The position numbers were made by a program, and so were the translations under genes. The notes beneath the pieces are model-generated. The model saw nothing but the letters and a program-made list of their open reading frames with translations. It was not told the DNA's origin and ran no database searches. From Clostridium sp. CAG:793 (GTDB lineage: Bacteria; Bacillota; Clostridia; TANB77; CAG-508), in assembly GCA_000433915.1 (NCBI GenBank), contig HF993639.1, forward strand, positions 61,633 to 125,632: a stretch of 64,000 nt of DNA, given 5' to 3'. Positions 1 to 9,858 of the stretch are shown piece by piece; within the stretch, counting starts at the first letter, position 1; every line of letters begins with the position of its first letter.

Positions 1-189
1 TCAGTTAGCTTGGTTCAGGCAAGTGTTATAAACTTAGCTATTCACTATATGGAGTTTGGAAGCAATGTCATGATCCTTACAAGCAGTATTCATTTGAAGA
101 AACTCGTGAACTCGCAATGTGATTACAAGCTTCCGCCTAAAGACCGTTTAATTATTCCATGTACGTATATCCCTCCTAGTGACAAATAA
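1..189 (+). CDS. 3' end of an unknown gene (partial, enters from the left edge)
   Basis: Frame 1 is open for 62 codons from position 1 to TAA at 187-189. Moderately GC-rich relative to the backbone. No recognisable motif. Confidence 0.3.
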   Translation, partial: SVSLVQASVINLAIHYMEFGSNVMILTSSIHLKKLVNSQCDYKLPPKDRLIIPCTYIPPSDK

Positions 190-228
190 TTAATTTCATT
201 GTCTCTATGTAATGCAACTCTTATGTTG

Positions 229-290
229 CCCCACTCCTAATCCTCATTTATGATGTAAGTCTTTTGAGGTTAGGGGTGGTTTTATTGTTA
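229..290 (+). terminator. Intrinsic terminator after the left-edge partial gene
   Basis: Imperfect inverted repeat ccactcctaa...ttaggggtgg followed by a T-run (ttttattg). Confidence 0.4.
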
Positions 291-326
291 TAATAGCCTT
301 TTTTCCATGTTTTTTGCTATTTATAG

Positions 327-355
327 TTGTAAATCGTTCAAAATGATGATATAAT
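327..355 (+). promoter_or_regulatory. Sigma-A type promoter for the PhoH-like gene
   Basis: TTGTAA (327-332), a 17-nt spacer, TATAAT (350-355); AAGGAG SD about 10 nt before the ATG at 420. Confidence 0.5.
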
Positions 356-419
356 CAATTTAGCAAATACCCTATATTACTTGCGGATTCTTATTCGCAT
401 ACAAAGGAGTTGTCGTTTT

Positions 420-1802
420 ATGGCAAAGCAATTTGTTCTTCGCGCTGGTGCACTTCTTAGCCGTAAAAAAGCCTATTTGGCTTTTGGCGAAGCTGGTGAC
501 CATCTTGTCATTCCTATGGCAATCGTTGAAAAGCTCCACTATTTTGAAGGAGCTAAGCGGAATATGGCAGCTGAGGTAAGTGAATATATTAAATCTTGCC
601 CCAATGATGAGCTTCTTGGAAAAGGTTATGTTCAGAGCAATGGTACTATCCTTTCTGTTAAGTATGTCGAGGATATTTCTTCTGAAGTGAACCGCTTTAC
701 GGAGCTTTCTCTTCAAGATAAGCAGTGTCTCCAGATTTGCTTGAATCTTCAGAAAGAGTTTCCTGATGATGAGGTCATTCTTGTTTCTAAAAGTACTCCT
801 CTTCTGCTTAAGGCTGAAATCTTGAAGATCAAGTCTATGGATGCTCCTGATATGATTTATCCTTCGATTGATAGGCAGTATTCTGGAGTAACCAACTATA
901 CCATTAGTACAGAGAGTTTCAATGCTCTGATGACTTCTGGAAAAGTCTTTTTTCAAAATGACGATCCTAGCCATCTGTTGTATCCGAACGAGTTCTTAAT
1001 GGTTCATGATGAAAGCTATAATTCTGGTGTAAAGCTTGCAAGATTTGATGGAACCCATATTGTTGGGCTGAATTACCAGCTTAACAAGGATTATCATTCT
1101 AAGAACGCTGAGCAGAATTTCCTGACTGAGGCATTGTTTACACCTCCGGAAGTTGCTCCTCTGGTCATTGTCAAAGGTCCTGCTGGTACAGGCAAAACTT
1201 ATGTGACAGTCACAGCAGCTTTGGAGCTAACCAAATATGGCTCAGGAAATTACAGCCATGTTTATGACAGAATCATTATTGCTACTCCTACGGTAAGTGG
1301 TGGTAATGAGGAAATCGGTTTCCTCCCAGGTGACGTAAATCAGAAAGTTGGCCCCTATCTCGGCGGAATTTATGATAATATCATAAATTCTTTCGTACGA
1401 AAGAATCGCGAAAAAGCTGGGACTTATGGAGCTTCTATTGACCTTAATGCTGCACAGGACTGTTTCAATCAACTCATGGATGATGGCACTATATCTATCC
1501 AGCAGCTTGGTACCGTTGCCGGTCACTCGTTCGAGAACTCTATCATCATTGTCGATGAAGCCCAGAACGTTGATCCCAACTATTTCCTTGACATCGTGAC
1601 TCGAACTGGTGAAGGTTCTAAGCTGGTAGTCTTAGGTGATCCATCTCAGGTTAAATCACCCAAACTGGACAGCCGCATTAACGGCATCAACTACATGATG
1701 GAGTGCTGGAAAACAAGCCGCCTGGCATACCAGATTTCCATGAATGCAGACAAGGTTGTTCGTGGTTCTCTGTGCCAAGAAGCACTTAAGCTCATGAACT
1801 AA
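420..1802 (+). CDS. PhoH-family ATPase with a degenerate (catalytically dead) N-terminal PIN-like domain, on a GC-anomalous cassette
   Basis: Walker A GPAGTGKTYV, PhoH signature RIIIATPTVSGGNEEIGFLPGD, Walker B IIIVDEAQN, GSKLVVLGDPSQV. The N-terminus aligns to YlaK/PhoH2 PIN (FVLRAGALL for YVLDTNVLL; LVIPMAIVEKLH for VVIPxVVLEELD) with the catalytic acidic residues replaced. Visibly higher GC and GC-ending codons than the neighbours. Start moved to the ATG with an SD; the track ORF begins at 381. Confidence 0.8.
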   Translation: MAKQFVLRAGALLSRKKAYLAFGEAGDHLVIPMAIVEKLHYFEGAKRNMAAEVSEYIKSCPNDELLGKGYVQSNGTILSVKYVEDISSEVNRFTELSLQDKQCLQICLNLQKEFPDDEVILVSKSTPLLLKAEILKIKSMDAPDMIYPSIDRQYSGVTNYTISTESFNALMTSGKVFFQNDDPSHLLYPNEFLMVHDESYNSGVKLARFDGTHIVGLNYQLNKDYHSKNAEQNFLTEALFTPPEVAPLVIVKGPAGTGKTYVTVTAALELTKYGSGNYSHVYDRIIIATPTVSGGNEEIGFLPGDVNQKVGPYLGGIYDNIINSFVRKNREKAGTYGASIDLNAAQDCFNQLMDDGTISIQQLGTVAGHSFENSIIIVDEAQNVDPNYFLDIVTRTGEGSKLVVLGDPSQVKSPKLDSRINGINYMMECWKTSRLAYQISMNADKVVRGSLCQEALKLMN

Positions 1803-1835
1803 AACGCATCATTATTTTACCAATAGGCACAACTC

Positions 1836-1870
1836 GCCCCTGGTCCATTACGGGCCAGGGGCCTTTTTTA
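1836..1870 (+). terminator. GC-rich intrinsic terminator of the PhoH-like cassette
   Basis: cccctggtcc-atta-cgggccagggg stem followed by tttttt; it overlaps the stop of the convergent flavoredoxin-like gene. Confidence 0.7.
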
Positions 1871-2446
1871 TCTTTTATTTTTATTCTTCTTTTTTTGTAC
1901 TGAAAATCCAAACTTTCCTATTTTTTTTCCTAATGCGTAATATCCTCCATTTGCATATGCCATTAGCTTACATTTTGATATATCAAAAGCACCTTTTTCA
2001 TCTATATATTGCTCATCTGCATCTATGCAAAGCACTTTTGCCATAAACATTGTATGGCTTCCTAAATCAACTATTTTTTCTACTTTACATTCTATTGATA
2101 CTGGGCTTTCTTTTATTAATGGACATTGCACCAAATTTGCTTTTTCCTTCGTTAGATTCATTTCTTTAAACTTATCCACATTTGCTCCACTTTTTACTCC
2201 GCACCAATCGGTTTTATATGCTAACTTTTCTGTTGTTAGATTAATAACAAATTCTTTACTATTTTTTATTATTTCATAAGAGTATCTGCTTTTTCTAACT
2301 GATATATACACCATTGCTGGCTCAGTATTCAAAATTCCTGTCCATGCAACAGTGATTATATTTGATTTTTCCATATCTCCGCAACTTACCATTACTGCTG
2401 GAATTGGATATTCAAAAGTTCCTGCTTTCCACATTACCTTACTCAT
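1868..2446 (-). CDS. Flavin reductase-like / flavoredoxin (FMN-binding split-barrel) protein
   Basis: 192 aa with typical flavin reductase-like domain composition. ATG preceded by an AGGAGGAAAAT SD. Native AT-rich codon usage. Confidence 0.6.
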   Translation of the reverse strand: MSKVMWKAGTFEYPIPAVMVSCGDMEKSNIITVAWTGILNTEPAMVYISVRKSRYSYEIIKNSKEFVINLTTEKLAYKTDWCGVKSGANVDKFKEMNLTKEKANLVQCPLIKESPVSIECKVEKIVDLGSHTMFMAKVLCIDADEQYIDEKGAFDISKCKLMAYANGGYYALGKKIGKFGFSVQKKKNKNKR

Positions 2447-2458
2447 ATTTTCCTCCTA

Positions 2459-4522
2459 TTATTCAAATATTGTTCGTATTTTATTTACAACATAATGACT
2501 GCCACTCTTACTTTTTGCATTTTCTATAAGACTTATTACAAGTAAACCATCTTCATCAAATGCATTAAACCATCCTATTTCTTCTCCATCTTTATCGTCT
2601 TGACTTGCCTTAATTTCAGCTGTTCCAGTTTTTCCTGCAATTGTTTTTCCTTCTATTTTGCAATCTTTTGCAGTTCCCCTTTCTACAACTTGTATTAAAT
2701 CATTTTTTATAGTGTTTGCTGTTTCTTCTGAAATTACTGATTCTTTCCAATATTTCGTTTTATTTTTATCATCTAATATTATATATGGCTTTACCATGTT
2801 TCCACCATTTGCAAATGCTGAATATATGCTCGCCATGTGTATTGGATTTACCATTATTTCGTTTTGGCCATATCCAGAATTGGCTAATGTTGGTTCACTG
2901 TCAATTTTTCCGTATGTTGATTGTGCTATTTCTTGTGCAAATTCAATTTTTTCATTGAATCCTATATTTTCTAAATTTCTTTTTAGATTTTCTTTTCCTA
3001 TTTTTATAGCCGCTTTAGCGAAATAAATATTATCCGAATATACCAAAGCATTTTCAAGATTTGCTGGTTCACTATATTTCTCCAATGTAGTAACATATAA
3101 GTTTTTCCATGATTTATCGTTTTGCCATTTGGTTCCGCTTGCTCCGAAATCGTCAGTTGCGGAAAAATAATTATTATTAATTCCTATTGCTCCAACTATT
3201 GGTTTAAATGTTGATCCTGGTGTATATGTTGCAAGATACCTACTATATAACGGCTTTCTTTTATCATTTTTTAGTGATTCCCATTTTTCTTCTGATATTC
3301 CTAAGCTAAAATCATTAGCATTATATGATGGTGTACTTACCATTGCTAGGATCTCGCCAGTATTATAATTTATTGCAACTGATGTTCCTTCATCATCTTT
3401 AAATTGCTCATATAATTTATTTTGAGTTTGTACATCTATTGTTAAATGTATATCTTCCCCATTTTTCACATCTCTTTTTATTATTGTTTTTATTTTTCTT
3501 CCGTCGTCATCAGTTATGTAAATTTCTTCACCATCATGTCCTTTTAATTTGTCATTAAATGCATATTCTATTCCAGATTTTCCGTCATTTTCTTGTACAT
3601 ATCCTGTAAGTATTGATGTTACTTCCTTATATGGATATACTCTAACCTTAATATCTGAAATCATTATACCTTTTATTTTTAAAAGCTCTGCTTTTAATTC
3701 CTGCTCTTCTCTTGAAATCTTTTTTATTGGTACAAATGTATCATTTGTTACATACGATTCTTTTAATGATTGTTCTATTGTAGTTTGTTTTATTTGTAGT
3801 AATTCTGCAATCTTTTTTACATCTGTTGTTTCATTCATTTTACCTGGAACTAAGCCTACTTGATATGCTTTTCCTTCTTTAGCAATTATATTTCCATTTC
3901 TATCATATATTGTTCCTCTTTCGCTCTTTATTGCTGATACTCGTATTTTTTGATTGTCTTGTAAATCTGGGTATATTATGCTTGAGTTCCATTTTATTTT
4001 GTATTGATTTTCTACAAGTTTAAATGTGGCAGAGTTTATAAAGCTTAATTCTCCTGCTGATGTTTTCATTGATGTTGTATAGGTTACATTAATATCATCT
4101 TGCTCTTCACTTTCTTTATTAAGAATACTTGAATTTGTTGCTACTTTTATAGATATATCACTTGCTTCAATTCCTTCATATATATTTTTAAGTCTTGATA
4201 CAAATTCTTCTTTGGTTGTTTCGGTTGTCACGTACTGATATGCTCCATCGTAGTCTTTATTAGATATACATTGAAAATATTTTTTTAATGTTATTGCTGT
4301 TTCAGTTGTATTAGAATATAAGTATACACCTATTGCTCCTCCAACAATTAATATTATTAGCGGAATTATGATTAACATTTTATTACTATTTTTTTCTTTT
4401 TTAGTATTATGCTTATCTGGCTTTTTAGAATTTTTATCTTTTGCTAAAACTTTATTATTCTTTTTTAATTTCTTTATTGGTTTGTCTTGTCCAATAAATT
4501 CGATCTCTTCATGTTTTTTCAT
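2459..4522 (-). CDS. Penicillin-binding protein (transpeptidase) with an N-terminal membrane anchor and a Lys-rich N-terminus
   Basis: SXXK (GSTFKP), SXN (YSDNIYF) and KTG (GKTGTA) motifs; a TM segment near the N-terminus; SD AAGGAA. Confidence 0.8.
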   Translation of the reverse strand: MKKHEEIEFIGQDKPIKKLKKNNKVLAKDKNSKKPDKHNTKKEKNSNKMLIIIPLIILIVGGAIGVYLYSNTTETAITLKKYFQCISNKDYDGAYQYVTTETTKEEFVSRLKNIYEGIEASDISIKVATNSSILNKESEEQDDINVTYTTSMKTSAGELSFINSATFKLVENQYKIKWNSSIIYPDLQDNQKIRVSAIKSERGTIYDRNGNIIAKEGKAYQVGLVPGKMNETTDVKKIAELLQIKQTTIEQSLKESYVTNDTFVPIKKISREEQELKAELLKIKGIMISDIKVRVYPYKEVTSILTGYVQENDGKSGIEYAFNDKLKGHDGEEIYITDDDGRKIKTIIKRDVKNGEDIHLTIDVQTQNKLYEQFKDDEGTSVAINYNTGEILAMVSTPSYNANDFSLGISEEKWESLKNDKRKPLYSRYLATYTPGSTFKPIVGAIGINNNYFSATDDFGASGTKWQNDKSWKNLYVTTLEKYSEPANLENALVYSDNIYFAKAAIKIGKENLKRNLENIGFNEKIEFAQEIAQSTYGKIDSEPTLANSGYGQNEIMVNPIHMASIYSAFANGGNMVKPYIILDDKNKTKYWKESVISEETANTIKNDLIQVVERGTAKDCKIEGKTIAGKTGTAEIKASQDDKDGEEIGWFNAFDEDGLLVISLIENAKSKSGSHYVVNKIRTIFE

Positions 4523-4647
4523 ACTCTTTTCCTTTTATGTAATTCTATTGAATTATAACATATTATGTCGTTCTAGTTAATATCTTTATTAAAATTTTAT
4601 ATATTTCTAATTATTGTCAATATTTTTCAATAAATTTGGCAAATTTA

Positions 4648-4676
4648 TTGACTTTATGTCAAATTTGTGATATTAT
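4648..4676 (+). promoter_or_regulatory. Sigma-A type promoter for the 119-aa GC-anomalous ORF
   Basis: TTGACT (4648-4653), a 17-nt spacer, TATTAT (4671-4676). A ttgac-ttta-tgtcaa palindrome overlaps the -35 and may be an operator. GGAGG SD 7 nt before the ATG. Confidence 0.45.
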
Positions 4677-4713
4677 TAATAATGCACTTTGATAATATTT
4701 TGGAGGTTTTTTT

Positions 4714-5073
4714 ATGAAAGAGAAGTTTAAGATCACGGCTCTCGTTGTTCGGAAGAAGGAGGCTAATCAGCCTAAACCTTGTGAAGTGGTAATCTTCAGG
4801 AATGGGCACGATCCTGTCCTTTTCAACGCAACCGAGAAAGATGTTGGCGATGCAATCATCTGCGCTGGAAAGCTCCTTAGTGGAGGACTTAAAGCAATAG
4901 AGAATGACAAGTTCTCTGTGACGGACTTCATCGTCGAGATGCCTACCGGCTTTAACGTCTTACTTGGTGTTGGATCCGGTCGTGTTGTCCCCTTCATCGG
5001 AGAGTCTTGCAGAAGCTTTCCCGGTGCTCTTCTCTATGTAGGTTCCATCCTGCAAAACGGTTTGAGCAGCTAA
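4714..5073 (+). CDS. Hypothetical protein (119 aa) on a GC-anomalous single-gene cassette
   Basis: Strong SD GGAGG. Visibly ~45% GC with codons such as CTC, GGC, CGG and GTC that are rare in the neighbours. No recognisable motif. Confidence 0.55.
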   Translation: MKEKFKITALVVRKKEANQPKPCEVVIFRNGHDPVLFNATEKDVGDAIICAGKLLSGGLKAIENDKFSVTDFIVEMPTGFNVLLGVGSGRVVPFIGESCRSFPGALLYVGSILQNGLSS

Positions 5074-5112
5074 TTCATGCCAGAGGCACTTACTCCTGGC
5101 TACTCCAAGGCA

Positions 5113-5172
5113 AAGAGGCGGACATTGTCCACTGCGACTTTTATGTTGCGGACAATGTTCCGCCTCTTTTTT
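5113..5172 (+). terminator. Intrinsic terminator of the 119-aa cassette
   Basis: aagaggcggacattgtcc ... ggacaatgttccgcctctt long stem followed by ttttttt. Confidence 0.7.
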
Positions 5173-5303
5173 TATATAAAGATTGATATTTTTTATAATT
5201 TTGTGATAATATATTGTTGCAATCTAAAATAAATGTACATAATATTATTGGTTCATAGGTTCCAATAAAAAGCCTAAATAAATATTATAAAGGAAGGTAT
5301 TTT

Positions 5304-7538
5304 ATGGATTTCAAACAATGGGAAGGTTTTGATAGAGCTGGAGAATGGACTAAAGAAATTGATGTCCGTGGATTTATTCAAGCAAATTATACTCCTTATG
5401 ATGGAGATGAAAGTTTTTTAGTAGGTCCTACTGAAAAAAGCACTAAGTTATGGAACAAAATTCAAGCTCTTTATGAAGAAGAAAGAGAAAAAGGTGTATT
5501 AGATGTTGATACAAAAACACCTTCAAGCATTGATGCATATGCACCAGGTTATGTTGATCAAGATTTAGAAACTATTGTTGGTCTTCAAACAGATGCTCCA
5601 TTAAAAAGAGCTATTATGCCTAATGGAGGTATACGTATAGTTGAAAAATCATGTGAATCTTATGGTTATAAAGTTGACCCAGAAGTAGAATATATTTATC
5701 ATAATTTAAGAAAAACTCATAATGATGGAGTTTTCGAAGTATATACACCAGATATTAGAGCAGCTAGAAGTGCTCATTTATTAACAGGTTTACCTGATGG
5801 ATATGGACGTGGAAGAATTATTGGAGATTATAGGCGTGTAGCACTTTATGGTGTTGATGTTCTTATTTCAGAGAAAAAAGATGAATTAAATATTTTAGAT
5901 ACAGATGAATTTACTTCTGATATTGTTCGTGATAGAGAAGAAATATCTGATCAAATAGCTGCTTTAACAGCATTAAAATCTATGGCTGCTAAATATGGAT
6001 TTGATATTTCAGTTCCTGCAAAAGATGCTCATGAAGCTTTCCAATGGACATATTTTGCTTATCTTGGTGCTGTAAAAGATCAAAATGGTGCAGCAATGTC
6101 TATGGGAAGAGTTTCTACATTCTTAGATATTTATGTTGAAAGAGATTTAAAAAATGGTACACTAACTGAAGAAATAGCTCAAGAGCTTATGGATCAATTT
6201 GTATTAAAATTAAGAATGGTAAGATTCCTTCGTGCTCCAGAGTATAATGCATTATTTAGTGGTGATCCTGTTTGGGTAACAGAAAGTATTGGTGGTATGG
6301 GAGTTGATGGTAGAACTTTAGTTTCTAAGAATTCATTCAGACTTCTTCATACATTAGAAAATCTTGGACCTGCCCCAGAACCAAATATTACAGTTCTTTG
6401 GTCTAAGAATTTACCTATTGCATTTAAGAAATATTGTACAAAAATTTCAATAAAAACATCTTCTATTCAATATGAAAATGATGATTTAATGAGAGTTACA
6501 CTTGGTGATGATTATGGAATAGCTTGCTGTGTTTCTGCAATGAAGATTGGTAAGCAAATGCAATTCTTCGGTGCAAGAGCAAATTTAGCAAAAGCATTAC
6601 TTTATGCTATAAATGGTGGTGTTGATGAATTATCAGGAAAACAAGTAGCACCTAAATTTGAGCCAATCAAGGGTGATTATCTAGATTATAACGAAGTTAT
6701 GGAAAAATATGATGCAATGATGGATTATGTTGCTAAAATATATATTAAAGCTTTAAATGCTATTCATTATATGCATGATAAATATTCATATGAAGCTCTT
6801 GAAATGGCTTTACATGACAGAAAAATTTATAGAACTATGGCATGTGGAATTGCTGGATTTTCTGTTGCTTGTGATTCTCTTTCAGCAATCAAATATGCTA
6901 AAGTTAAGGTTATACGTAACGAACAAGGCTTAGCTGTTGATTATGAAATTGAAGGTGATTATCCTAAGTTTGGAAATGATGATGATAGAGTTGACGAAAT
7001 TGGAGTTAACCTCGTAAAAACATTTATGAAAAAATTAGAGAAACATCAAATTTATAGAGATGCTACCCCTACTCTATCTATTCTTACTATCACATCAAAT
7101 GTTGTTTATGGAAAAAATACTGGTGCTACTCCTGATGGAAGAAAGGCTGGTGCTCCATTTGCTCCTGGTGCAAATCCTCTTCATGGAAGAGATGTTGAAG
7201 GAAGTTTAGCTTCAATGAACTCAATAGCAAAATTACCTTATGAATATGCAGAAGATGGTATTTCTTATACATTTGCCATAACACCTGGAACCCTTGGTCA
7301 TGATGAAGATACTCAAGTTAATAATCTTGTAAGTATGCTTGATGGATATTTCATGCAAACAGGACATCATATAAATGTAAACGTTTTTGATAGAAGTTTA
7401 TTAGTTGATGCAATGAATCACCCTGAAAAATATCCAAATTTAACAATTCGTGTATCAGGATATGCTGTTAATTTTGTAAAATTAACTCGTGAACAACAAG
7501 AAGAAGTTATTGCAAGAACTATTCAAGAAAAAATATAA
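5304..7538 (+). CDS. pflB: Formate C-acetyltransferase (pyruvate formate-lyase)
   Basis: Glycine-radical motif RVSGYAV near the C-terminus; active-site [12 protein letters not shown]; about 744 aa. Confidence 0.92.
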   Translation: MDFKQWEGFDRAGEWTKEIDVRGFIQANYTPYDGDESFLVGPTEKSTKLWNKIQALYEEEREKGVLDVDTKTPSSIDAYAPGYVDQDLETIVGLQTDAPLKRAIMPNGGIRIVEKSCESYGYKVDPEVEYIYHNLRKTHNDGVFEVYTPDIRAARSAHLLTGLPDGYGRGRIIGDYRRVALYGVDVLISEKKDELNILDTDEFTSDIVRDREEISDQIAALTALKSMAAKYGFDISVPAKDAHEAFQWTYFAYLGAVKDQNGAAMSMGRVSTFLDIYVERDLKNGTLTEEIAQELMDQFVLKLRMVRFLRAPEYNALFSGDPVWVTESIGGMGVDGRTLVSKNSFRLLHTLENLGPAPEPNITVLWSKNLPIAFKKYCTKISIKTSSIQYENDDLMRVTLGDDYGIACCVSAMKIGKQMQFFGARANLAKALLYAINGGVDELSGKQVAPKFEPIKGDYLDYNEVMEKYDAMMDYVAKIYIKALNAIHYMHDKYSYEALEMALHDRKIYRTMACGIAGFSVACDSLSAIKYAKVKVIRNEQGLAVDYEIEGDYPKFGNDDDRVDEIGVNLVKTFMKKLEKHQIYRDATPTLSILTITSNVVYGKNTGATPDGRKAGAPFAPGANPLHGRDVEGSLASMNSIAKLPYEYAEDGISYTFAITPGTLGHDEDTQVNNLVSMLDGYFMQTGHHINVNVFDRSLLVDAMNHPEKYPNLTIRVSGYAVNFVKLTREQQEEVIARTIQEKI

Positions 7539-7558
7539 TTCTATTTTAGGAGAATAAA

Positions 7559-8275
7559 ATGCTTAAAGGTCGTATTCATTCATTTGAAAGTTTTGGAGCT
7601 GTTGATGGTCCAGGAATAAGATATATTGTATTTATGCAAGGTTGCCACCTTAAGTGTAAATACTGTCAAAATCGTGATACATGGGACGTTTCAAGTCCTG
7701 ATAGTATTGAATGTACTACTGATGAAGTTTTAAATAAGATTTTAAAATATAAAAATTATATTAAGGCTTCTGATGGTGGTGTAACGATTAGTGGTGGTGA
7801 ACCTTTACTTCAGCCAGACTTTCTTATTGAATTATTTACTAAATTACATGATCATGGTATATCTACATGTATTGATACATCAGGAATGTTTCCTCTTACA
7901 GATAAAATTAAAAAAGTAATTGATGTAACCGATATATTCCTACTTGATATCAAATGTATTAATGATGATATTTGTACATGGCTTACTGGTCATTCAAATA
8001 AACTTGAACTTGAATTTGCTAGGTATATTAGCAATTGTGGTAAAAGATTATGGATTAGACAAGTTTTAGTTCCTGGTATTACTGATAAAGAAAGTGATCT
8101 GGTATTATTACGTGATTTTCTAAAAACTATAAATGTAGAAAAATTTGAATTTCTAGGATATCATGACCTAGGCAAATACAAGTGGGAAAAACTAGGGCTT
8201 AAATATGAATTAGAAAATACTCCTATTGCTACAAAAGATGATTTAGATAGAGCATATTCAATAATAAACAGTTAA
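7559..8275 (+). CDS. pflA: Pyruvate formate-lyase activating enzyme (radical SAM)
   Basis: CHLKCKYCQN (CxxxCxxC) near the N-terminus; immediately downstream of pflB. Confidence 0.9.
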   Translation: MLKGRIHSFESFGAVDGPGIRYIVFMQGCHLKCKYCQNRDTWDVSSPDSIECTTDEVLNKILKYKNYIKASDGGVTISGGEPLLQPDFLIELFTKLHDHGISTCIDTSGMFPLTDKIKKVIDVTDIFLLDIKCINDDICTWLTGHSNKLELEFARYISNCGKRLWIRQVLVPGITDKESDLVLLRDFLKTINVEKFEFLGYHDLGKYKWEKLGLKYELENTPIATKDDLDRAYSIINS

Positions 8276-8278
8276 ATA

Positions 8279-8312
8279 AAAATACACTTCGTCTTGAAGT
8301 GTATTTTTATTT
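8279..8312. terminator. Bidirectional intrinsic terminator between pflA and the convergent minus-strand gene
   Basis: acacttc-gtct-tgaagtgt hairpin flanked by A/T runs. Confidence 0.6.
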
Positions 8313-8978
8313 CTTATTTAATATATGGTTATCCCATTCTGATTTATATAATTCACCAGCATATTCTTTAAATTCATTGTATATTGTTTTAGTTTCATTT
8401 TCATCTGATGTTTGAATATACAGTATATATTTTAATAGTCCTTGTTCATCATATTGTTGTGCAACTACTATCTTACTTTTATCTGGACTTTTCCAATTTT
8501 CAAAACAATATTTTATTGAGTTATCTATAAAGTCATCATTCTTTTCTTTTGGTTTCATTATTAAAGTAAATTCTAATTTCTTATATTGTCTTGATTTTAT
8601 TCGTATATATCCAGTATTTTCTTCATCAAATTCTTTTGATATTACTTTAAATTCCATTCCATATTTGCTTGCTAGATTAGACTCAATATAATCATTTGCT
8701 TTACTATCGGCACTTCCATATACATATATTAATAATCCTGCAATAAGTACTAAACATCCTATTATAGCTATTATTGATAATCGTACAATAAATTTTACTG
8801 CTTTATCAGATATCCTGGCAATATTATCGATTTTCTTCATATCTTCTTTGTCAGCTAGTTCTGTTATATCAAATCCATACGTATTTATTATGTCTTGTTT
8901 TTTTGCGTTTTTCCATTTTTCAATTTCTTCTAGGTCTTTTTTCCTAGTTACATCTTCATTTGTTTTATTTTCTTTCAT
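8307..8978 (-). CDS. Hypothetical membrane-anchored protein
   Basis: One TM segment (IIAIIGCLVLIAGLLIYVY). The start is set at the internal ATG with an AAAGGA SD; the track ORF begins at an upstream TTG. Confidence 0.5.
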   Translation of the reverse strand: MKENKTNEDVTRKKDLEEIEKWKNAKKQDIINTYGFDITELADKEDMKKIDNIARISDKAVKFIVRLSIIAIIGCLVLIAGLLIYVYGSADSKANDYIESNLASKYGMEFKVISKEFDEENTGYIRIKSRQYKKLEFTLIMKPKEKNDDFIDNSIKYCFENWKSPDKSKIVVAQQYDEQGLLKYILYIQTSDENETKTIYNEFKEYAGELYKSEWDNHILNKK

Positions 8979-8991
8979 AATAATACATCCT

Positions 8992-9837
8992 TTACTTTTG
9001 AGCAAATTTCTTTATTCCAAATGTTATAAAATATATGATTCCTGAGATTATAACTATCATTGGTCCTGTTGGAATATTATTTGCATAATATGATATTATT
9101 AGTCCTGAGATTCCTGAGATTAATGCAAATAATATTGAAAATACATGATAATTTCTCATATTACTTGCAATGTTTCTACTTGATGCAGCTGGTAATATTA
9201 TCATTGAGTTTATTAGTAGTATTCCTACCCATCTAATTGATAACATTACCATTATTGCTATTGATACAGCAAATAAATTGTCTATTAATTTTACATTTAT
9301 TCCTTTACTTTTTGCAAGCATTGGATTTATGCTTATTGCATTTAGTTTATTAAATAGCTTTGTCCAGAATATTAGTACTAGTACAAATGCTATTACTAAA
9401 TATATTATTTCTGATGTTGATATATTTAATATGTCTCCTACTAAATAGCTAGAATATTTGTTAAAACTTCCTGTTTGAGCTAATATTGCAAGTCCCAGAG
9501 CAATTGAGATTGATGAGAATACGCTTATTATTGTATCAGCTCCATACGAAGTTCTATTTTTTACCCAATTTAATAGTAGTGCAAATATTATAGCAAATAT
9601 TATCATTGATATGTTCATATTGCTTATTCCAAGTAGGGTGCCTAGCGCAATTCCTGTTAATGCTGAATGGCCTAATGCGTCTGAAAAGAATGCCATTTTG
9701 TTATTTACTATCATTGTACCTAACATTGCAAATATTGGTGATACTAATAAAATTGCTATAAACGCATTTTTCATAAATGTATATTGCATAAAATCAAATG
9801 GTAGCAAAGTTTCTAGTATGTTATATATTATGTCCAT
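8992..9837 (-). CDS. Metal (Zn/Mn-type) ABC transporter permease
   Basis: ABC-3 family permease composition (MDIIYNILETLL...AFFSDALGHSALTGIALG), polytopic. Confidence 0.8.
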   Translation of the reverse strand: MDIIYNILETLLPFDFMQYTFMKNAFIAILLVSPIFAMLGTMIVNNKMAFFSDALGHSALTGIALGTLLGISNMNISMIIFAIIFALLLNWVKNRTSYGADTIISVFSSISIALGLAILAQTGSFNKYSSYLVGDILNISTSEIIYLVIAFVLVLIFWTKLFNKLNAISINPMLAKSKGINVKLIDNLFAVSIAIMVMLSIRWVGILLINSMIILPAASSRNIASNMRNYHVFSILFALISGISGLIISYYANNIPTGPMIVIISGIIYFITFGIKKFAQK

Positions 9838-9858
9838 TATTTTTTCCTTCCTAGATTA

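Noticed and set aside
1242-1526. 94-aa antisense ORF inside the PhoH-like gene
   Set aside because: Fully internal and antisense to a motif-rich CDS, with no SD; a typical shadow ORF. The same goes for the many 60-180-aa antisense ORFs in the track inside pflB, the PBP gene, mfd, prkC, aspS, the pil genes, feoB and others.
4767-4997. 76-aa antisense ORF inside the 119-aa foreign cassette as the possible real gene
   Set aside because: The plus-strand ORF has the SD, the promoter and the downstream terminator in the correct orientation; the minus-strand ORF has none of these.
8979-9005. TTG-initiated 5' extension of the 8307-8978 ORF, and the GTG start at 38694 for ylbJ
   Set aside because: The track allows alternative starts. 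For 8307-8978 the internal ATG has the better SD (AAAGGA). For ylbJ neither candidate start has a clear SD, so the ATG at 38712 is only a tentative preference. Neither choice changes the functional call.
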